A stretch of DNA of 44,239 nt from an uncultured Methanosarcinales archaeon. Lineage in GTDB: Archaea; Nanobdellota; Nanobdellia; Woesearchaeales; CAZXZL01. The notes below the pieces were generated by a model. It did not search any database. It was not told the DNA's origin and saw nothing but the letters and a program-made list of their open reading frames with translations. The stretch is from assembly GCA_964645415.1 (NCBI GenBank), contig CAZXZL010000002.1:1-44239 (forward strand). Reading direction: 5' to 3'. This document shows, in pieces, positions 42,801 through 44,239 of this stretch; position 1 is the stretch's first letter; each line of letters starts with the position of its first letter. A program made the position numbers and the translations under genes.

Positions 42801-43211
42801 AGATTCCTCATCACAATTAAACCATTCTCTTTCAGGATAAGTATTTCTTAAAAAATCCTCATCTGCACCATCCTCAAAAATCTCAGCTGAATCAATTGCA
42901 TTACAAGCAGATCTTGAAGTTAAACCACAAAATTCTACATCATAAACTTCATTTTTACAAATAACTAACTCACAGTCACCACCTTCTTCGTTTAAATCAG
43001 AAATATTTCTTGAATCATCAGTAAAAGAATAATCATCAGTATCATAATACTCACATAAATCTGTGTTTTCTACATCTTGACATTCAAAAAAGTCAGAAGA
43101 AGGAGAACTTGAATCAGTTTCATCTGGGACACAAGTTGCAGAATAAACAGAAATAGAACTAATAAATAGTAGAAAGATTACTAAGATCCCAAAAAATACT
43201 TTCTTATTCAC
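27892..43211 (-). CDS. Giant secreted acidic, Cys-rich multidomain surface protein (about 5054 aa after gap collapse; split into 3862 + 1280 aa in the ORF track)
   Basis: GTG start after SD GAGGT; signal peptide MNKKVFFGILVIFLLFISSISVYSA; Cys-rich blocks, carboxypeptidase-regulatory-like and Ig-like repeats, PEGA-like domain. Removing 100 N plus the 55-bp duplicate gives 15165 nt in one frame (...EENEITS-NTKNDFLSNLDDWEF...). Confidence 0.85.
31762..31971. other. Scaffolding artefact: 100-N gap (31817-31916) flanked by an exact 55-bp duplicate
   Basis: 31762-31816 equals 31917-31971 (ACTTGTAATC...ACAGAATCT). Confidence 0.92.
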
Positions 43212-43316
43212 AGGAAAATAACCTCATTTAAGTTCTTAAAGTTTTTTCACTACAATATAGTAGACATAGGAATAGTGTTATTTTGAATATTATTAAGACT
43301 AAAACATCATTTAACA

Positions 43317-43331
43317 TATATAAATCTTTTC
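43317..43331 (-). promoter_or_regulatory. Likely BRE-TATA promoter of the giant-protein operon
   Basis: Minus strand GAAAAGA-TTTATATA about 105 nt upstream of the GTG start. Confidence 0.5.
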
Positions 43332-43546
43332 AAGTTTTTTAAAAAAATAGTCAAATTAAAACTTAAAATGTAAGATTAGAAGAAATCATTTAAAAAATAT
43401 AAAACAAATTTAGCTCATATATTATTTATATTTAGGAGGAATTTTATACATGATTAAAAATATATCAAAGTAAAAATCTGCTGATTTGCTTATAAAAAAT
43501 AAAAACTTATCAAAAAAGATAAAAAGAGTATAAAATTCCGACAAAA

Positions 43547-44239
43547 CATCACAAGATGAAAAACGAAGACATATTCTTTAGGTAAAACGTAGACTACTTT
43601 CGTAGAAGATAAAACGTAGACTAATTACTAAACTAAAAATAGCGAAGTTTTTTGAACCTAAAAAAGTGAAGAAGATAAAGTGCTAAAGAGTATAGAAAAT
43701 AAAAACCTAAAGAGAAAATCTATCAAAATCATCTAAGGAAAAGGAACTTAAAAGAATCAAATAAAAAGAAATAGAATATTATAGAAACTAACGTGCCATA
43801 TGAAATATGGTACCATCCTGCTCAATTTATTAAACTAAAGTTTAGAACTTGTTAAATTAAAAATTTAAAAGCATATAAAATCAGAGATTACTAAACTAAA
43901 GTTTAGAAGTGTGTAATATAAAATTACAAACTTTTAAGGGTGTTTAATCATAGATTAAAAACTTACTAAACTAAAGTTTAGAACTTGTTAAATTAAAAAT
44001 TTAAAAGTGTGATAAAGATTGAGCTAAAGAAATCATCTACGTTTAATCTTCTTCGAAGTTAGTCCATCAAAATCATCTAAATAAAAAAAGTTTATAAAAA
44101 ACAAAAAAAAATGAATAGAATATTATGGGAACCACTGTGCCATATGAAATATGGTACCATCCTTATCAAATTTGATAAAATTTGTTTGATAAAGATTGAG
44201 ATCAAATCATCTAAGAAAAAAAGGATAGGAGTTTATAAA
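43547..44239 (+). repeat. Mosaic palindromic repeat cluster, locus 3 (inverted module D, module A x2, module B x3 plus partial, module C, module D)
   Basis: Module A at 43793-43813 and 44137-44157; module B at about 43827-43871, 43888-43908 and 43963-44016; module C at 43932-43963; module D reversed at 43547-43620 and forward at 44036-44064. Confidence 0.9.

Noticed and set aside
598..43211. Alternative genetic code or inteins
   Set aside because: Conserved genes are full length with TAA, TAG and TGA all used as stops, and no intein-sized insertions were seen.
43434..43473. AGGAGGA followed by a 7-codon ORF (MIKNISK)
   Set aside because: Too short, with no recognisable continuation; chance or an unidentifiable remnant.
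1..44239. Circular plasmid, virus or excised island suggested by the terminal repeats
   Set aside because: The content is core chromosomal, the repeat flanks diverge, the repeat family also occurs internally, and there are no replication, capsid or recombinase genes.

Overview
Very AT-rich archaeal chromosomal segment, most consistent with a small-genome DPANN lineage (Woesearchaeota/Nanoarchaeota-like; inferred from the gene set, not from a database search). The left half is mostly housekeeping: an rps13-rps4-rps11-rpoD-tRNA-Leu(GAG)-rpl18e-rpl13-rps9-rpoN operon, MBF1, a bacterial-core/archaeal-tail hybrid LeuRS, TrmI, TrmB, pelota, a SAMP/ThiS protein, an HD hydrolase, a P-loop kinase-dCMP deaminase fusion and IleRS. 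It also holds two full-length but apparently catalytically dead enzymes (PPDK-like and metallophosphoesterase-like). The right half is one translationally coupled operon: a giant acidic secreted protein (about 5054 aa once a 100-N gap with a 55-bp duplicated overlap is collapsed), a second 2105-aa acidic secreted Ig-like protein and a ROK sugar kinase. Three intergenic regions (both window ends and about 17.25-17.66 kb) carry a shuffled mosaic of short palindromic modules, including a GAA-triloop hairpin with compensatory base changes, reminiscent of bacterial REP/BIME elements. No CRISPR array, rRNA, integrase, transposase or reverse transcriptase was seen.
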